This document shows positions 51,079 through 60,824 of a stretch of DNA of 64,000 nt, piece by piece; within the stretch, counting starts at the first letter, position 1; each line of letters starts with the position of its first letter. A model generated the notes under the pieces. The model had not been told where the DNA came from and ran no database searches. It saw nothing but the letters and a program-made list of their open reading frames with translations. The stretch comes from Parvibaculum sp. (lineage in GTDB: Bacteria; Pseudomonadota; Alphaproteobacteria; Parvibaculales; Parvibaculaceae), in assembly GCF_019635935.1 (NCBI RefSeq), contig NZ_JAHBYN010000001.1:2507532-2571531 (forward strand), read 5' to 3'. Position numbers and translations under genes: made by a program.

Positions 51079-52101
51079 ATGGCGGCGGCGACGAGAACCG
51101 AACTCAACGGCTGGCTGGCAAGCGCCGAGCTGCATCAGCGTTACCTGACGGGACTGATCCTGCGCGCCGTCGTCTTCAAGGGCGAGGCGGCGGGGACCGA
51201 ACTGAATTTTCGTACCTTCCAGGCGCAGCACCGCGAGAAGTTTCTGGGGGGCTACAAAAATCTCGGCCTCGACAAGCTGCCGCCCGCCGTCGCCTGCGCA
51301 CAATACATTTATCTCGCCAACCATGTCGGCGGCGTGAAGTGCGAGTTCATTCCCGAAAGCGATCGCAAGGCCTGGGTGCGTTACCTGCCGCCGCGCTGGA
51401 TCTGGGACGGCGCGGCGATCTGTGCGGTGCCCAACGATGTGAGCATCGCCTTCATGCGCGCCTTCCATTCGCAGGTCGGCGTGACGCTCGGCAATCCCAA
51501 TCTCGGCTTCGTCTGCACCAACATCACCACCCGCATCGACCCCTGCCTCGAAGGTTATTTCATCGAGGAGGAGCAGCCGCTGGCGGCGGATGAGCGCCTC
51601 CGCTTCCGCTTCGACGAAAACGGCCCGGATGTCGATTCTTCGAAACTCCCCCATGTCGAATGGTCCGAAGAGCGCATGATCAAGGCGAAGCGCAACTACG
51701 CCGTGCAATATATCCGCTCGATCCTGCCCGCCGCCGTCTCGCTCTTCGGTGAGGACGAGGCGCGCAAGCTCGGCTGGGAAGCCGGCCGCCTGATCGGCAT
51801 GCAATGCTACGACGCGACCGCGGCCCTGATCGGCGTCGAACGAAACGACGCCGACGCCTTCGCGCGCTATCTCGGCGCCATGCTCGATGCCGGCGGCGAC
51901 AAGCCGGATGTGAAAGGCGCCGAAGTGTCGATTTCGACATGGCGCATGATGGAGGGCAGGGAAGGTGTCACGCCCGCCTGCTTCGATGCCTGGAACGCGC
52001 TTTGGGAAGGCGCGCTCGCGGTTCACAACCGGCACATGAAACTCGAAGTGACCGCCCGCATGGACGAGGGCGCGGATCGCTGGGCTTGGCGCGTCCGATA
52101 G
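51079..52101 (+). CDS. Conserved hypothetical protein, possibly tandem V4R/ATC-hydrolase-like domains
   Basis: 340-aa ORF with host-like codons and AGAG RBS; two half-domains, each with G…NP/HN…G signatures. Confidence 0.6.
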   Translation: MAAATRTELNGWLASAELHQRYLTGLILRAVVFKGEAAGTELNFRTFQAQHREKFLGGYKNLGLDKLPPAVACAQYIYLANHVGGVKCEFIPESDRKAWVRYLPPRWIWDGAAICAVPNDVSIAFMRAFHSQVGVTLGNPNLGFVCTNITTRIDPCLEGYFIEEEQPLAADERLRFRFDENGPDVDSSKLPHVEWSEERMIKAKRNYAVQYIRSILPAAVSLFGEDEARKLGWEAGRLIGMQCYDATAALIGVERNDADAFARYLGAMLDAGGDKPDVKGAEVSISTWRMMEGREGVTPACFDAWNALWEGALAVHNRHMKLEVTARMDEGADRWAWRVR

Positions 52102-52170
52102 ACGATCCGCCGGAAATCCGCTCTACTCCCGCAAAAGAAACGCGAACACTGAGGGGAGCCCCGAGAAATC

Positions 52171-53133
52171 ATGTCAGGCAGCAATCCGTTCGACCCGAAG
52201 CTCTACACCGCCGATGCCATTTCGGCCGAAACGAAGGCCATCAACGACGCCATTATCAAGGCAATGGACGGCGCGCCCGACTGGTGGGACATCGGCGCAC
52301 AGGAAGTGCGCGACGCGCGCGCCCGCGGCGACGGTCCCTTCCCGCTGGCGCCGAAATCGCCCCGCGCCCGCACAATTGAGATAGATGGCAAGGGCGGCAA
52401 GATCGCGCTGCGCGTTATCGCGCCCGACAATCCGAAAGGCGTCTATCTGCATATTCACGGCGGCGGCTGGACGCTCGGCGCCGCCGACCAGCAGGACCCG
52501 CTGCTCGAGCGCATCGCGGACAATGTCGGTCTTGCCTGTGTCAGCGTCGAATACCGCCTGGCACCGGAACATCCCTATCCGGCGGGCCCGGACGATTGCG
52601 AAGCGGCGGCGGTCTGGCTGGTGAAAAACGCGAAGAAGGAATTCGGCACCGACAAGCTGACCATCGGCGGCGAAAGCGCCGGCGGGCACCTGTCGGCCGT
52701 CACGGTCCTGCGCATGCGCGACCGTCATGGCTACACCGGCTTCAAGGGCGCCAATCTCGTCTTCGGCGCCTTCGACATGTCGATGACGCCGAGCCAGCGC
52801 GCCTTCGGCAACGAACGCCTGATCCTCCGCACGCTCGACATCCAGAAATTCGGCGACGCCTTCATGCCGCCCCATGTCGACCGGCGCGACCCCGATGTCT
52901 CCCCCCTTTATGCCGACCTCAAGGGCCTCTGTCCGGCGCTCTTCACCGTCGGCACGCGCGACGCCCTGCTGGACGACAGCCTGTTCATGTACACGCGCTG
53001 GATCGCCGCCGGCAACGAAGCCGAACTCGGCATCTATCCGGGCGGCGCCCACGGCTTCGTCGCCTTCCCCGGCGAACTGGCCCGCGCCGCCAACGCTCAG
53101 GCCGACGCCTTCCTGAAGCGCGTGGTGGGGTAG
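52171..53133 (+). CDS. Alpha/beta hydrolase (HSL family esterase)
   Basis: [30 protein letters not shown]. Confidence 0.92.
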   Translation: MSGSNPFDPKLYTADAISAETKAINDAIIKAMDGAPDWWDIGAQEVRDARARGDGPFPLAPKSPRARTIEIDGKGGKIALRVIAPDNPKGVYLHIHGGGWTLGAADQQDPLLERIADNVGLACVSVEYRLAPEHPYPAGPDDCEAAAVWLVKNAKKEFGTDKLTIGGESAGGHLSAVTVLRMRDRHGYTGFKGANLVFGAFDMSMTPSQRAFGNERLILRTLDIQKFGDAFMPPHVDRRDPDVSPLYADLKGLCPALFTVGTRDALLDDSLFMYTRWIAAGNEAELGIYPGGAHGFVAFPGELARAANAQADAFLKRVVG

Positions 53134-53188
53134 TTGATTTGCTGTCGATTCGGTGTCCCGTACTCAGCTAGGTCGAGAGGAGTGAGCG

Positions 53189-54010
53189 ATGGAGACAACG
53201 GAGAAAATCGTTGAAGCCTATGTACGCTATGTACGGCACTGGGCAACCATTCCGAATGTCCGGTGCGACGGGCAGCAAGAGATTGACCTCATCGCTGTCG
53301 ATCCAACTTCCGGAAAGCACTATCACATCGAAACTAGCGTTTCTGTGTCGCAGGGCTTTTCTAAGCTCACGGCGAAGACGTTCGATCCTGAGCTGAGGAA
53401 GCAGCGCGTTCACCAAGCGTCGATGCGCCGTACCTTAGGCTTTTTCGTCGATCACAAGTTTGGCACAAAGGCAGTCAAGGATAAGCTCGCGAAGTATGGT
53501 TTTAGTGAGAGCGACAACCACAAGATCATCGTGACGTGGGGCTGGACAGAAGATGCCAAGACGGCTGCCAAAATCGCAGGAATTGAACTTTGGGATTTCA
53601 GAGAAATAATTCGCGACATCGCGTCCGAAATTCGAGACGCGAGGAGCTATTTCACTGACGACACGCTCCGCACGATCAATCTTTATGTGCAGGCGACGGA
53701 GGGAGCGGCCCGGAGCATACGTACTGCCTCCAACCCACAAGAATTCGGGCGTCGAGCGCCGGCTCGGGTGATCGACAACCAGAAGAATTCCGCACCATTC
53801 TGGGTTTACCGCAACTCAGTCGTTCGACGCGCGCGACTGCATCGCGCCGCCTGTACCTATTGCAACGATGGTGCCGGAATGCACAGGGTTGGTAGCAGGT
53901 ACAACGACGAATGGAGGCCGTTCGCGAGTGAACGGGACGCCAAAGCGTTTCTTGCATCCACCGGATACGACGACGCAAAGAACTGCGGCGTTTGCATGGG
54001 GCCGCGCTAG
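53189..54010 (+). CDS. Putative PD-(D/E)xK (Mrr-like) nuclease fused to an Ada-like Zn-binding domain
   Basis: GAGGAG RBS; EIDLIA…HIETS; KIIVTWGWTEDAKTAAKIAGIELWD; C-terminal LHRAACTYC…FASERDA…CGVC. Visibly AT-richer codons than flanking genes. Confidence 0.65.
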   Translation: METTEKIVEAYVRYVRHWATIPNVRCDGQQEIDLIAVDPTSGKHYHIETSVSVSQGFSKLTAKTFDPELRKQRVHQASMRRTLGFFVDHKFGTKAVKDKLAKYGFSESDNHKIIVTWGWTEDAKTAAKIAGIELWDFREIIRDIASEIRDARSYFTDDTLRTINLYVQATEGAARSIRTASNPQEFGRRAPARVIDNQKNSAPFWVYRNSVVRRARLHRAACTYCNDGAGMHRVGSRYNDEWRPFASERDAKAFLASTGYDDAKNCGVCMGPR

Positions 54011-54068
54011 CACCCTGGAACCGCTATGCCTTAGTTTTGGCTAGCCTTATCGGTCCAGCCTCTATAAT

Positions 54069-54097
54069 TTGAACAATGTTCATAAATTTGATATTAA
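54069..54097 (+). promoter_or_regulatory. Promoter (TTGAAC-N17-TATTAA) with TGAACA-N-TGTTCA operator
   Basis: Perfect 6-bp inverted repeat at 54070-54082 ahead of the crotonase-TetR operon; TATAAT also at 54063-54068. Confidence 0.6.
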
Positions 54098-54129
54098 TTC
54101 AATAAATCATGAAAGCCCGGGAGGAAGCC

Positions 54130-55008
54130 ATGCCCTTCGAGCACATTCTCTATGAGCGGCAGGGCCGCATCGCCACCATCACGCTGAACCGCCCCGACCG
54201 CCTCAACGCCATAGCCGCCGGCATGCCGCGCGAGCTCGCCCGTGCCGTCGAGCAGGCGAACGACGATGACGACGTGCACGTGATCGTGCTGACCGGCGCC
54301 GGCCGCGCCTTCTGCGCCGGCTACGACCTCAAGGACTTCGCGGAAACCCCGGCGCGCAATCAGGGCGCGGGCACACCGGCGGGCGATCCGCGTCCCTGGG
54401 ACCCGATGGTCGACTTCAACATGATGCATGCCAACACGCGGGACTTCATGTCGCTCTGGCGCTGCCACAAGCCGACGATTGCCAAGGTGCGCGGCTTCGC
54501 GGTGGCGGGCGGCTCCGACATCGCGCTTTGTTGCGACATGGTGGTGATGGCGGAGGATGCGAAGATCGGCTATCCGCCGGCGCGCGTCTGGGGCTGCCCC
54601 ACCACCGCCATGTGGGTCTACCGCCTCGGGCCCGAACGCGCCAAGCGCATGCTCTTCACCGGCGATCTCGTGACGGGCGCCGAGGCCGCCGAAATGGGCC
54701 TCGTCCTCGAAGCGGTGCCGGACGACGATCTCGATGCGCGGGTGGAGGCGCTCGCGGCCCGCATGGCCGGTGTGCCGCGCAACCAGTTGATGATGCAGAA
54801 GCTGCTGGTCAATCAGGCCTATGAAAACATGGGGCTGCAGACGACGCAGATGTTCGCGACGCTGTTCGACGGCATCACCCGCCATTCGCCCGAGGGCGTC
54901 TGGTTCAAGCAGCGCGCCGAACAGGTCGGCTTCCAGCAGGCGGTGAAGGAACGCGACGGCGACGCGCCCATCGCCGACGGCGTTTCGCGCCCGACCTGGA
55001 AATTCTGA
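54130..55008 (+). CDS. Crotonase/enoyl-CoA hydratase family protein (atypical catalytic residues)
   Basis: ITLNRPDRLNA, FCAGYDL, AVAGGSDIAL, IGYPP; GGAGG RBS. Confidence 0.9.
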   Translation: MPFEHILYERQGRIATITLNRPDRLNAIAAGMPRELARAVEQANDDDDVHVIVLTGAGRAFCAGYDLKDFAETPARNQGAGTPAGDPRPWDPMVDFNMMHANTRDFMSLWRCHKPTIAKVRGFAVAGGSDIALCCDMVVMAEDAKIGYPPARVWGCPTTAMWVYRLGPERAKRMLFTGDLVTGAEAAEMGLVLEAVPDDDLDARVEALAARMAGVPRNQLMMQKLLVNQAYENMGLQTTQMFATLFDGITRHSPEGVWFKQRAEQVGFQQAVKERDGDAPIADGVSRPTWKF

Positions 55009-55616
55009 TGCAGGCGGCTACCGCATCCGGCAAGCGCCGCACGGCCCTGCGCGATCACAAGCGCAAGGCGATCCTCGCCGCCGCGCGCCGCGTCTGCGAT
55101 GCGGGCGGGCCGGAGGCGCTGACCATCCGCGCCGTCGCCGCCGAAGCGGGCTATGTGCCGGGCGCGGTCTATTCCTATTTCGCCGGTATCGACGAGCTTG
55201 CCATCGCGCTCACCGCCGAGGAACTCGGGCATCTCGCAAGGCGCATGCGCGAGGCGGCCGAAAAGGCGAAGTCGCCCGCCGATGCGCTCGCCGCCGCGGC
55301 GCGCGAGGCGCTGGCCGCCACCGCCGGCAACGCGCCGCATGTGCGCCTCGCCGGGCGGTTGATGTCGGCCGGCGCGCTCGATCCCGATCTCAACCGCGCC
55401 GTCACCGGCCGCGTCATCGCGGTGCTCGAAACGCTGGGCGGGCCCTTGCGCGCCGCGACCGGCCTTGAAGGTGCGGCCGCCCACCGCGAAATCCTCTGCC
55501 TCGCCGCCTTCCTGATCGGCCTGCGCGTGCTCGAAGGCTCGGGCCGTCTGGAAGCATTGGGTTTCGCTGCGGAAACCTTGCTGGCGCACCGCCTCTCCGC
55601 GCTCCCGGGTGCATGA
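55008..55616 (+). CDS. TetR family regulator
   Basis: ILAAARRV…LTIRAVAAEAGYVPGAVYSYF; TGATG overlap. Confidence 0.88.
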   Translation: MQAATASGKRRTALRDHKRKAILAAARRVCDAGGPEALTIRAVAAEAGYVPGAVYSYFAGIDELAIALTAEELGHLARRMREAAEKAKSPADALAAAAREALAATAGNAPHVRLAGRLMSAGALDPDLNRAVTGRVIAVLETLGGPLRAATGLEGAAAHREILCLAAFLIGLRVLEGSGRLEALGFAAETLLAHRLSALPGA

Positions 55617-55677
55617 CAACAGGCGGGCCCGCCCCTATGCTGCGGCACCCGCCATCGACGAACTGTGTCCCCTGAAT

Positions 55678-56571
55678 ATGACCGGCATGATCGACACCTA
55701 TCGCGGCTATGTCTCGCTGCAGGAATGCGACGAGATGGGCCACATGAACATCCAGCATTACATTTCGAAAAGCTCGGACAGTTCCTACAATCTGCGCGTG
55801 GCGCTGGACCTCGGCGCGCTCGATCAGGCGCAGACCGGCCTCGGCTATGTCGCGCTCGAACATCACATCCGCTTCCACCGCGAGCTTCGCGCCAGCGATC
55901 TCGTCGTCATTCGCTCCGGCATCGTCGAGATGCGCGAGAAGACGATGCGCATCTATCAGGAGATGCGCGAGGTGCTGGACGACCGCCTGGCCGCCACCTA
56001 TGTGATCGACACCGGCTGCCTCGATCTCGCGACGCGGCGGCTGACCGCCTGGCCCGAAGAGACGCGGGCCCGCGCCGCCGCGATGGCGGCCGAATTGCCG
56101 CCCGAAGCGCTGCCGCGTTCGCTGCCGAAGGAGGCGCTGGAGCGCGACGTGTCGTTGGCCCGCGCCGATGCCGACGGCATGGTCGAGACCAACCGCTCGG
56201 TCGTCAACACCTGGGAATGCGACACCAACAATCACATGAATGCGCGCTTCTTCATGGCGCGCTTCTCCGACGCCCAAGGCCACATGTGGGCGCATGCAGG
56301 CCTCGGCCGTCACGAGCAGGCGGCCCGCGGCCTCGCCACCGCCACCGTCGAGATAAGGCTTGCCTATCTGCGCGAGTTGCGCGCCGGCGAAACGCTGTTC
56401 GTGCGCACCGGCATCGACGCCACCGACGGCAAGACCATCCGCTATCGTCACTGGCTCTTTTCGGGCGACACCGGCGAGCCGGCCTGCATCGCCGAAGGCG
56501 CAGGCCTCCTGTTCGACAAGTCGACCCGCAAGGCCGTGCCGCTGCCCGACGCGCTGCGCCGGCGCGGCTGA
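55678..56571 (+). CDS. Double hot-dog acyl-CoA thioesterase
   Basis: ECDEMGHMN and ECDTNNHMN motifs, one in each half. Confidence 0.85.
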   Translation: MTGMIDTYRGYVSLQECDEMGHMNIQHYISKSSDSSYNLRVALDLGALDQAQTGLGYVALEHHIRFHRELRASDLVVIRSGIVEMREKTMRIYQEMREVLDDRLAATYVIDTGCLDLATRRLTAWPEETRARAAAMAAELPPEALPRSLPKEALERDVSLARADADGMVETNRSVVNTWECDTNNHMNARFFMARFSDAQGHMWAHAGLGRHEQAARGLATATVEIRLAYLRELRAGETLFVRTGIDATDGKTIRYRHWLFSGDTGEPACIAEGAGLLFDKSTRKAVPLPDALRRRG

Positions 56572-56610
56572 ACCCATTCGTCATCACCATCGAAAGCAAG
56601 AGAAAGAAAC

Positions 56611-57531
56611 ATGAGCGAGATGATCGAGGTTGCCCGGTCGAGCGTCCAGACCTGGGAAAGCGACCAGATGGGTCACATGAATGTGCAGTTCTATGTCGAC
56701 AAGGCGGGGCAGGGGCTTGCGGCGCTGGCGCTGCGCCTCGGCGTCGGGCCGCGCTTTGCCCGCGCCGAGGGCGCGCGGTTCTTCGTGCGCGACCATCATG
56801 TGCGTTTCCTGCGCGAGCAGCGACCCGGCGCGCCCTTCTTCATCCGCGCCGGCATTCTCGATGTGCACGATTTCGGCCTGCGCGTCTACGAGGAGATGGT
56901 CAACACGGTGTCGGGCGAGGTGGCGGCATCCTTCATCGCCGAGGTCGAACTGCTCGACGAGGAAAGCCGCGAGATGAAGCCGCTGCCGGCAAAGGTGAAG
57001 ACAGCGGCAAAAGCGCTTGTCGTCGAACTGCCGGTGCATGGGAGCCCGCGCGGCCTCGAAATCTATGCGCCGCGCCCGTCGCCGAAGCTTGCCGATGCCG
57101 ACGGCATGGGCATGGTGCGCACCTGGCAGGGCGAAATCGACGCCGCGCAATGCGACGGTCAGGGCTTCCTGACCATTCGTCATTTCATGGGCATCGTGTC
57201 CGACGGTATTCCGAACCTGCTGGCGCAGACCAGCGGCGCAGACCGCTCGAAGACGCCGTCCGTCGGCGGCGCGGCGCTCGAATACCGCTTTGTCTATCGC
57301 CGTCATCCGCGCGCGGGCGACGTGCTGACGCTCCGCAGCGGCCTCAAGAATGTCGGCCCGAAAATCTATACCTGGTGCCACTGGCTGTTCGATCTCGAAA
57401 CCGGCGAGGCCATCGCCACCGCCGAGGCCGTCGCCATCGCGCTCGACCTGACGACGCGCAAGGCGATTGCCATTCCGGACGAAATGCGCGCCAATCTGGA
57501 GACACTGGTGATCGAGGGACTTGGTGTCTGA
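56611..57531 (+). CDS. Double hot-dog acyl-CoA thioesterase (paralog)
   Basis: WESDQMGHMNV; second half QCDGQG…; FLREQRPG. Confidence 0.85.
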   Translation: MSEMIEVARSSVQTWESDQMGHMNVQFYVDKAGQGLAALALRLGVGPRFARAEGARFFVRDHHVRFLREQRPGAPFFIRAGILDVHDFGLRVYEEMVNTVSGEVAASFIAEVELLDEESREMKPLPAKVKTAAKALVVELPVHGSPRGLEIYAPRPSPKLADADGMGMVRTWQGEIDAAQCDGQGFLTIRHFMGIVSDGIPNLLAQTSGADRSKTPSVGGAALEYRFVYRRHPRAGDVLTLRSGLKNVGPKIYTWCHWLFDLETGEAIATAEAVAIALDLTTRKAIAIPDEMRANLETLVIEGLGV

Positions 57532-57559
57532 AGAGATGGGCGTCTGAGGGGGGGCAATC

Positions 57560-58726
57560 ATGGCCGGATTTCTGCGCGATGAACTGAAGGCAGAGGAAAC
57601 CGCATTTCTCGACCGCGCCGCCGCCTTCACGGCGAAGACCGTCGCACCGCAAGCGAATGAATGGGAACGCGCCCGCCGCCAGCCGGTCGAGGCGCTCCGC
57701 GAGGCGGCCGCTCTCGGTCTCCTCCGCCTTGAAACGCCGAAGGAGCAGGGCGGCCTCGGCCACCGCTATCTCGTCAAGCTGGCGCTTTGCGATGAAATGT
57801 CCCGCGCCGACATGGCCTTCACGTTCTCCCTGGTGAACACGCAGAACGTCGCCGCGCGGTTGGCCCTCTCGCCGACGGCGCGGCATCGCGACGTCCATGT
57901 TCCCGCCTTGATGTCCGGCGACATCTTCGGCGCCACGGCCCTGAGCGAGCCCGGCGCGGGCAGCGACTTCTCGTCCATCCGCACGCGCGCGGAAAAGGTC
58001 GATGGCGGCTGGCGCCTCAACGGCGAAAAAGCCTGGATCACCAACGGCGCGATCGCCGATCTCTTCATCACCTATGTGCAGACCGACCCGGCGGCCGGAT
58101 GGCGCGGCATCGCCTGCATCCTGGTCGATGCCCGCCGCGAAGGCTTCACGCGCCGCCCTGCTTACGATCTCATCGGCGGCCACGCGATCGGCGCGGGCGG
58201 CTTCGCGCTCGAAAACTATCTGGCGCCGGAGGAAGACCTGATCGCCCCGCCCGGCGAAGCCTTCAAGCTGGCGATGAAAGGCGTCAACGGCGCCCGCGTC
58301 TATGTCGCCGCGATGTGCGCCGGGTTGCTGGCCGACGCGCTGGAAAAGGCGCTTGGCTATGGCACGGCGCGCGAGACATTCGGCCGGAAGCTTCTCGACC
58401 ATCAGGGGCTCAACTGGTCGCTCGGCGACGTCGCCAACGATCTCGAAGCGCTGCGCGGGTTGACGCTCGCCGCCGGCCGCCTGATCGACCGGGGCGAGGA
58501 TGCCGTAATGGCGGCGGCGCATGCCAAGAAATTTGCCGGCCGCGTCACGCTCGCCCGCATCGCCGACTGCATCCAGGCGATGGGCGCCGCAGGCCTGCGC
58601 GAGGAGCACGGCCTCGGCCGCCACCTCGCTTGCGCGAAGATCGCCGCCTATACCGATGGCAGCACCGAAATGATGAACGAGCGCATCGGCGCGGGACTCA
58701 TCAAGACCTATGGGCTGACGGGCTAG
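57560..58726 (+). CDS. Acyl-CoA dehydrogenase family protein
   Basis: ALSEPGAGSD, KAWITNG, RETFG, YTDGSTE. Confidence 0.9.
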   Translation: MAGFLRDELKAEETAFLDRAAAFTAKTVAPQANEWERARRQPVEALREAAALGLLRLETPKEQGGLGHRYLVKLALCDEMSRADMAFTFSLVNTQNVAARLALSPTARHRDVHVPALMSGDIFGATALSEPGAGSDFSSIRTRAEKVDGGWRLNGEKAWITNGAIADLFITYVQTDPAAGWRGIACILVDARREGFTRRPAYDLIGGHAIGAGGFALENYLAPEEDLIAPPGEAFKLAMKGVNGARVYVAAMCAGLLADALEKALGYGTARETFGRKLLDHQGLNWSLGDVANDLEALRGLTLAAGRLIDRGEDAVMAAAHAKKFAGRVTLARIADCIQAMGAAGLREEHGLGRHLACAKIAAYTDGSTEMMNERIGAGLIKTYGLTG

Positions 58727-59646
58727 CGCCCTTCCGCTTCAAGCCGCGCCGCGAACGCGCGCACTTCGTCGATGACGATTTGCGGAAATTCCATCGGCAG
58801 GAAATGCGTCGCGCCCGGCACCATCGCGATATGCGCCTTGCGGTCGCGGGCGCGCAGGAGCGTCGGAAAAGGCGCCCGGCAGGTCGAGCCGTGCTCGGCA
58901 TAGAGAAGCGCCAGCGGTACATAGAGTTTCGCCACCGCGCGGTTCATGTTGTGACCATGGGCCCGGAAATTCGCGGCCTCCCATTCCGGCGCGCAGAGAA
59001 GTTCGGCCTCGCCATTGTCGCGCAGGCTCGTACCGCTCTCGATATAATCTTCCAGGAATTCGCGCGGCCAGGTGCGGAAGGCGCCGCGGCCGAAATAGCG
59101 CTCGACCGCGACTTCGCGGCTTTCGAAAATCGCGCGGCGGCGTTCCGCGCCGTCGGCCAGCGACATCGGCCCGCCCTTGCGGCCGAGCCAGCGATAGAGC
59201 GTCATCATGTAGCGGAACATCGGCGGCGTCATCACCGGGTCGACCAGTACCAGCCCGCGCACAAGGTCCGGCCGCTCCGACGCCGCCATAACGCTGGCGG
59301 CACCGCCCATCGAATGTCCCATCAGAATGATTTTCTGGCCGGTCGCCGCGTGGAAATCCTCGGCCATCGCGATCAGGTCGTCGCGATAGACATACCAGTT
59401 GCGATGCGTCGCCGGGTCGGCAGTCAGCGTCGTCGCCCCGTGCCCGCGCGCGTCCCAGGCGCGGATATGGAATTCGTTGGCGAGCGGCCCCAGCAGGCGC
59501 CGGTAGGTGCCGCCGCTGAAACCGTTGGCATGGGCGAAATGCAGCGGTGGTTTGCCGGTGCCGTCGTCCCATTCGAGAAAGGAGATCGCGCCGTCCGGGC
59601 GCGGAAGTTCGCGGCGCGCGGGCGCTGCATTCACGGCGACATTCAT
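58723..59646 (-). CDS. Alpha/beta hydrolase
   Basis: HANGF, DARGHG, GHSMGG, LVDPV, HFLPME. Confidence 0.88.
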   Translation of the reverse strand: MNVAVNAAPARRELPRPDGAISFLEWDDGTGKPPLHFAHANGFSGGTYRRLLGPLANEFHIRAWDARGHGATTLTADPATHRNWYVYRDDLIAMAEDFHAATGQKIILMGHSMGGAASVMAASERPDLVRGLVLVDPVMTPPMFRYMMTLYRWLGRKGGPMSLADGAERRRAIFESREVAVERYFGRGAFRTWPREFLEDYIESGTSLRDNGEAELLCAPEWEAANFRAHGHNMNRAVAKLYVPLALLYAEHGSTCRAPFPTLLRARDRKAHIAMVPGATHFLPMEFPQIVIDEVRAFAARLEAEGR

Positions 59647-59651
59647 TGAAC

Positions 59652-60824
59652 TCAATCCAGAAGTTTCTTCTTGCGCAGCCAGCCCGCGACCAGCGCCACC
59701 GCTTCGGCCATCTTGTCGGGCTGCCCTATATAATAATGCGTCGCGCCCTTGACCACATGAAACTCCTTGTCGTCATGCGCGACGCCCGCGAAGATCCGCG
59801 CCGCATGGCTCGGTGTGCAGGCATCGTCGGCGCTGTTCTCGACCACCAGCACCGGCACCGAAATGTCGCCGGCGCATTTCGGCCCGTCGGCCCGGCTTTC
59901 GCGGTAGGACCATTGCGAGAGCCATGCGCGCAGCGAGCAATAACGCGCCAGCCCCGCGGGCATCATGTTGACGATTTTCGGTTCGCCCATGAAACACCAG
60001 TTGGGCCCCTTGCGGTCATTGGCGTCGATCGACAGATCCATCCAGCGCGGATCGGCCATCGTGCCATGTACGACGAAGCCGAATTCCTCGTTGGTGCGTC
60101 CGGCCCGCTTCATGGCGGCAAGCTTGTCCTTCACCCAATTGTCGATGCGCTCCGAACGCGCGATCTGCGCGGCCCGAAACCGCGCAATGAACGCGTCCGT
60201 ATAAGGCGGCTGGTTGGGATTTTGCGGATCGTAAAGATCGAGCTCGACCTCGCGGTCGTCCGGGTCCAGCTCGTTGCGGATCGACGGGTCGAGCCACTCG
60301 GTCAGCGTGATGGCGCGGCTGACATGCGCGGCAAGCTGCAACACCGCATCGGCCGGTATCAGTTTCGCGCCCGCAACGTCCACCGCGTCGCCCGCCGGCG
60401 TCGCGGTGATCCAGGGTTTCTCGGCCTGGCTTTGATAGAACATCGACAGCGAGCCGCCGCCCGACCACCCGGCCAGGATCACCTTCTCGTAGCCGAGCTT
60501 CTCTTTCGCATAGCGAATGTAATGCCCGAGATCGAGCAGCACCTTCTCCATGATCAGTGCCGAGTCGTTGTGCGGATAGCGGCTGCCGCAGGTGAGACAG
60601 GGAATGCCGGCGGCCGCCAGCGCATTCGGCATCGGCAGCAGGTTCATCGTTCCCGTCGGATGCATGAACACCAGAACCGTTTTTGACGAGACGCCCTTCG
60701 GCTTCAGGTGCTGTCCCTCGACGACGACGGTGTCCATCGCGCCGGCATAAGTTTCCTTGAACGCCGCCTTCTCCTGCCAGTGCAGGAAAAACGGGATGCG
60801 TTCGACTTCGTGAGGGCCGCTCAT
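59652..60824 (-). CDS. Alpha/beta hydrolase of unknown function
   Basis: AGWSGGG nucleophile elbow, ADDAC, ATHYY. Confidence 0.8.
   Translation of the reverse strand: MSGPHEVERIPFFLHWQEKAAFKETYAGAMDTVVVEGQHLKPKGVSSKTVLVFMHPTGTMNLLPMPNALAAAGIPCLTCGSRYPHNDSALIMEKVLLDLGHYIRYAKEKLGYEKVILAGWSGGGSLSMFYQSQAEKPWITATPAGDAVDVAGAKLIPADAVLQLAAHVSRAITLTEWLDPSIRNELDPDDREVELDLYDPQNPNQPPYTDAFIARFRAAQIARSERIDNWVKDKLAAMKRAGRTNEEFGFVVHGTMADPRWMDLSIDANDRKGPNWCFMGEPKIVNMMPAGLARYCSLRAWLSQWSYRESRADGPKCAGDISVPVLVVENSADDACTPSHAARIFAGVAHDDKEFHVVKGATHYYIGQPDKMAEAVALVAGWLRKKKLLD

Noticed and set aside
54071-54081. GAAC-N3-GTTC as a LexA SOS box
   Set aside because: The alphaproteobacterial box is a GTTC-N7-GTTC direct repeat; this site fits a TetR operator better.
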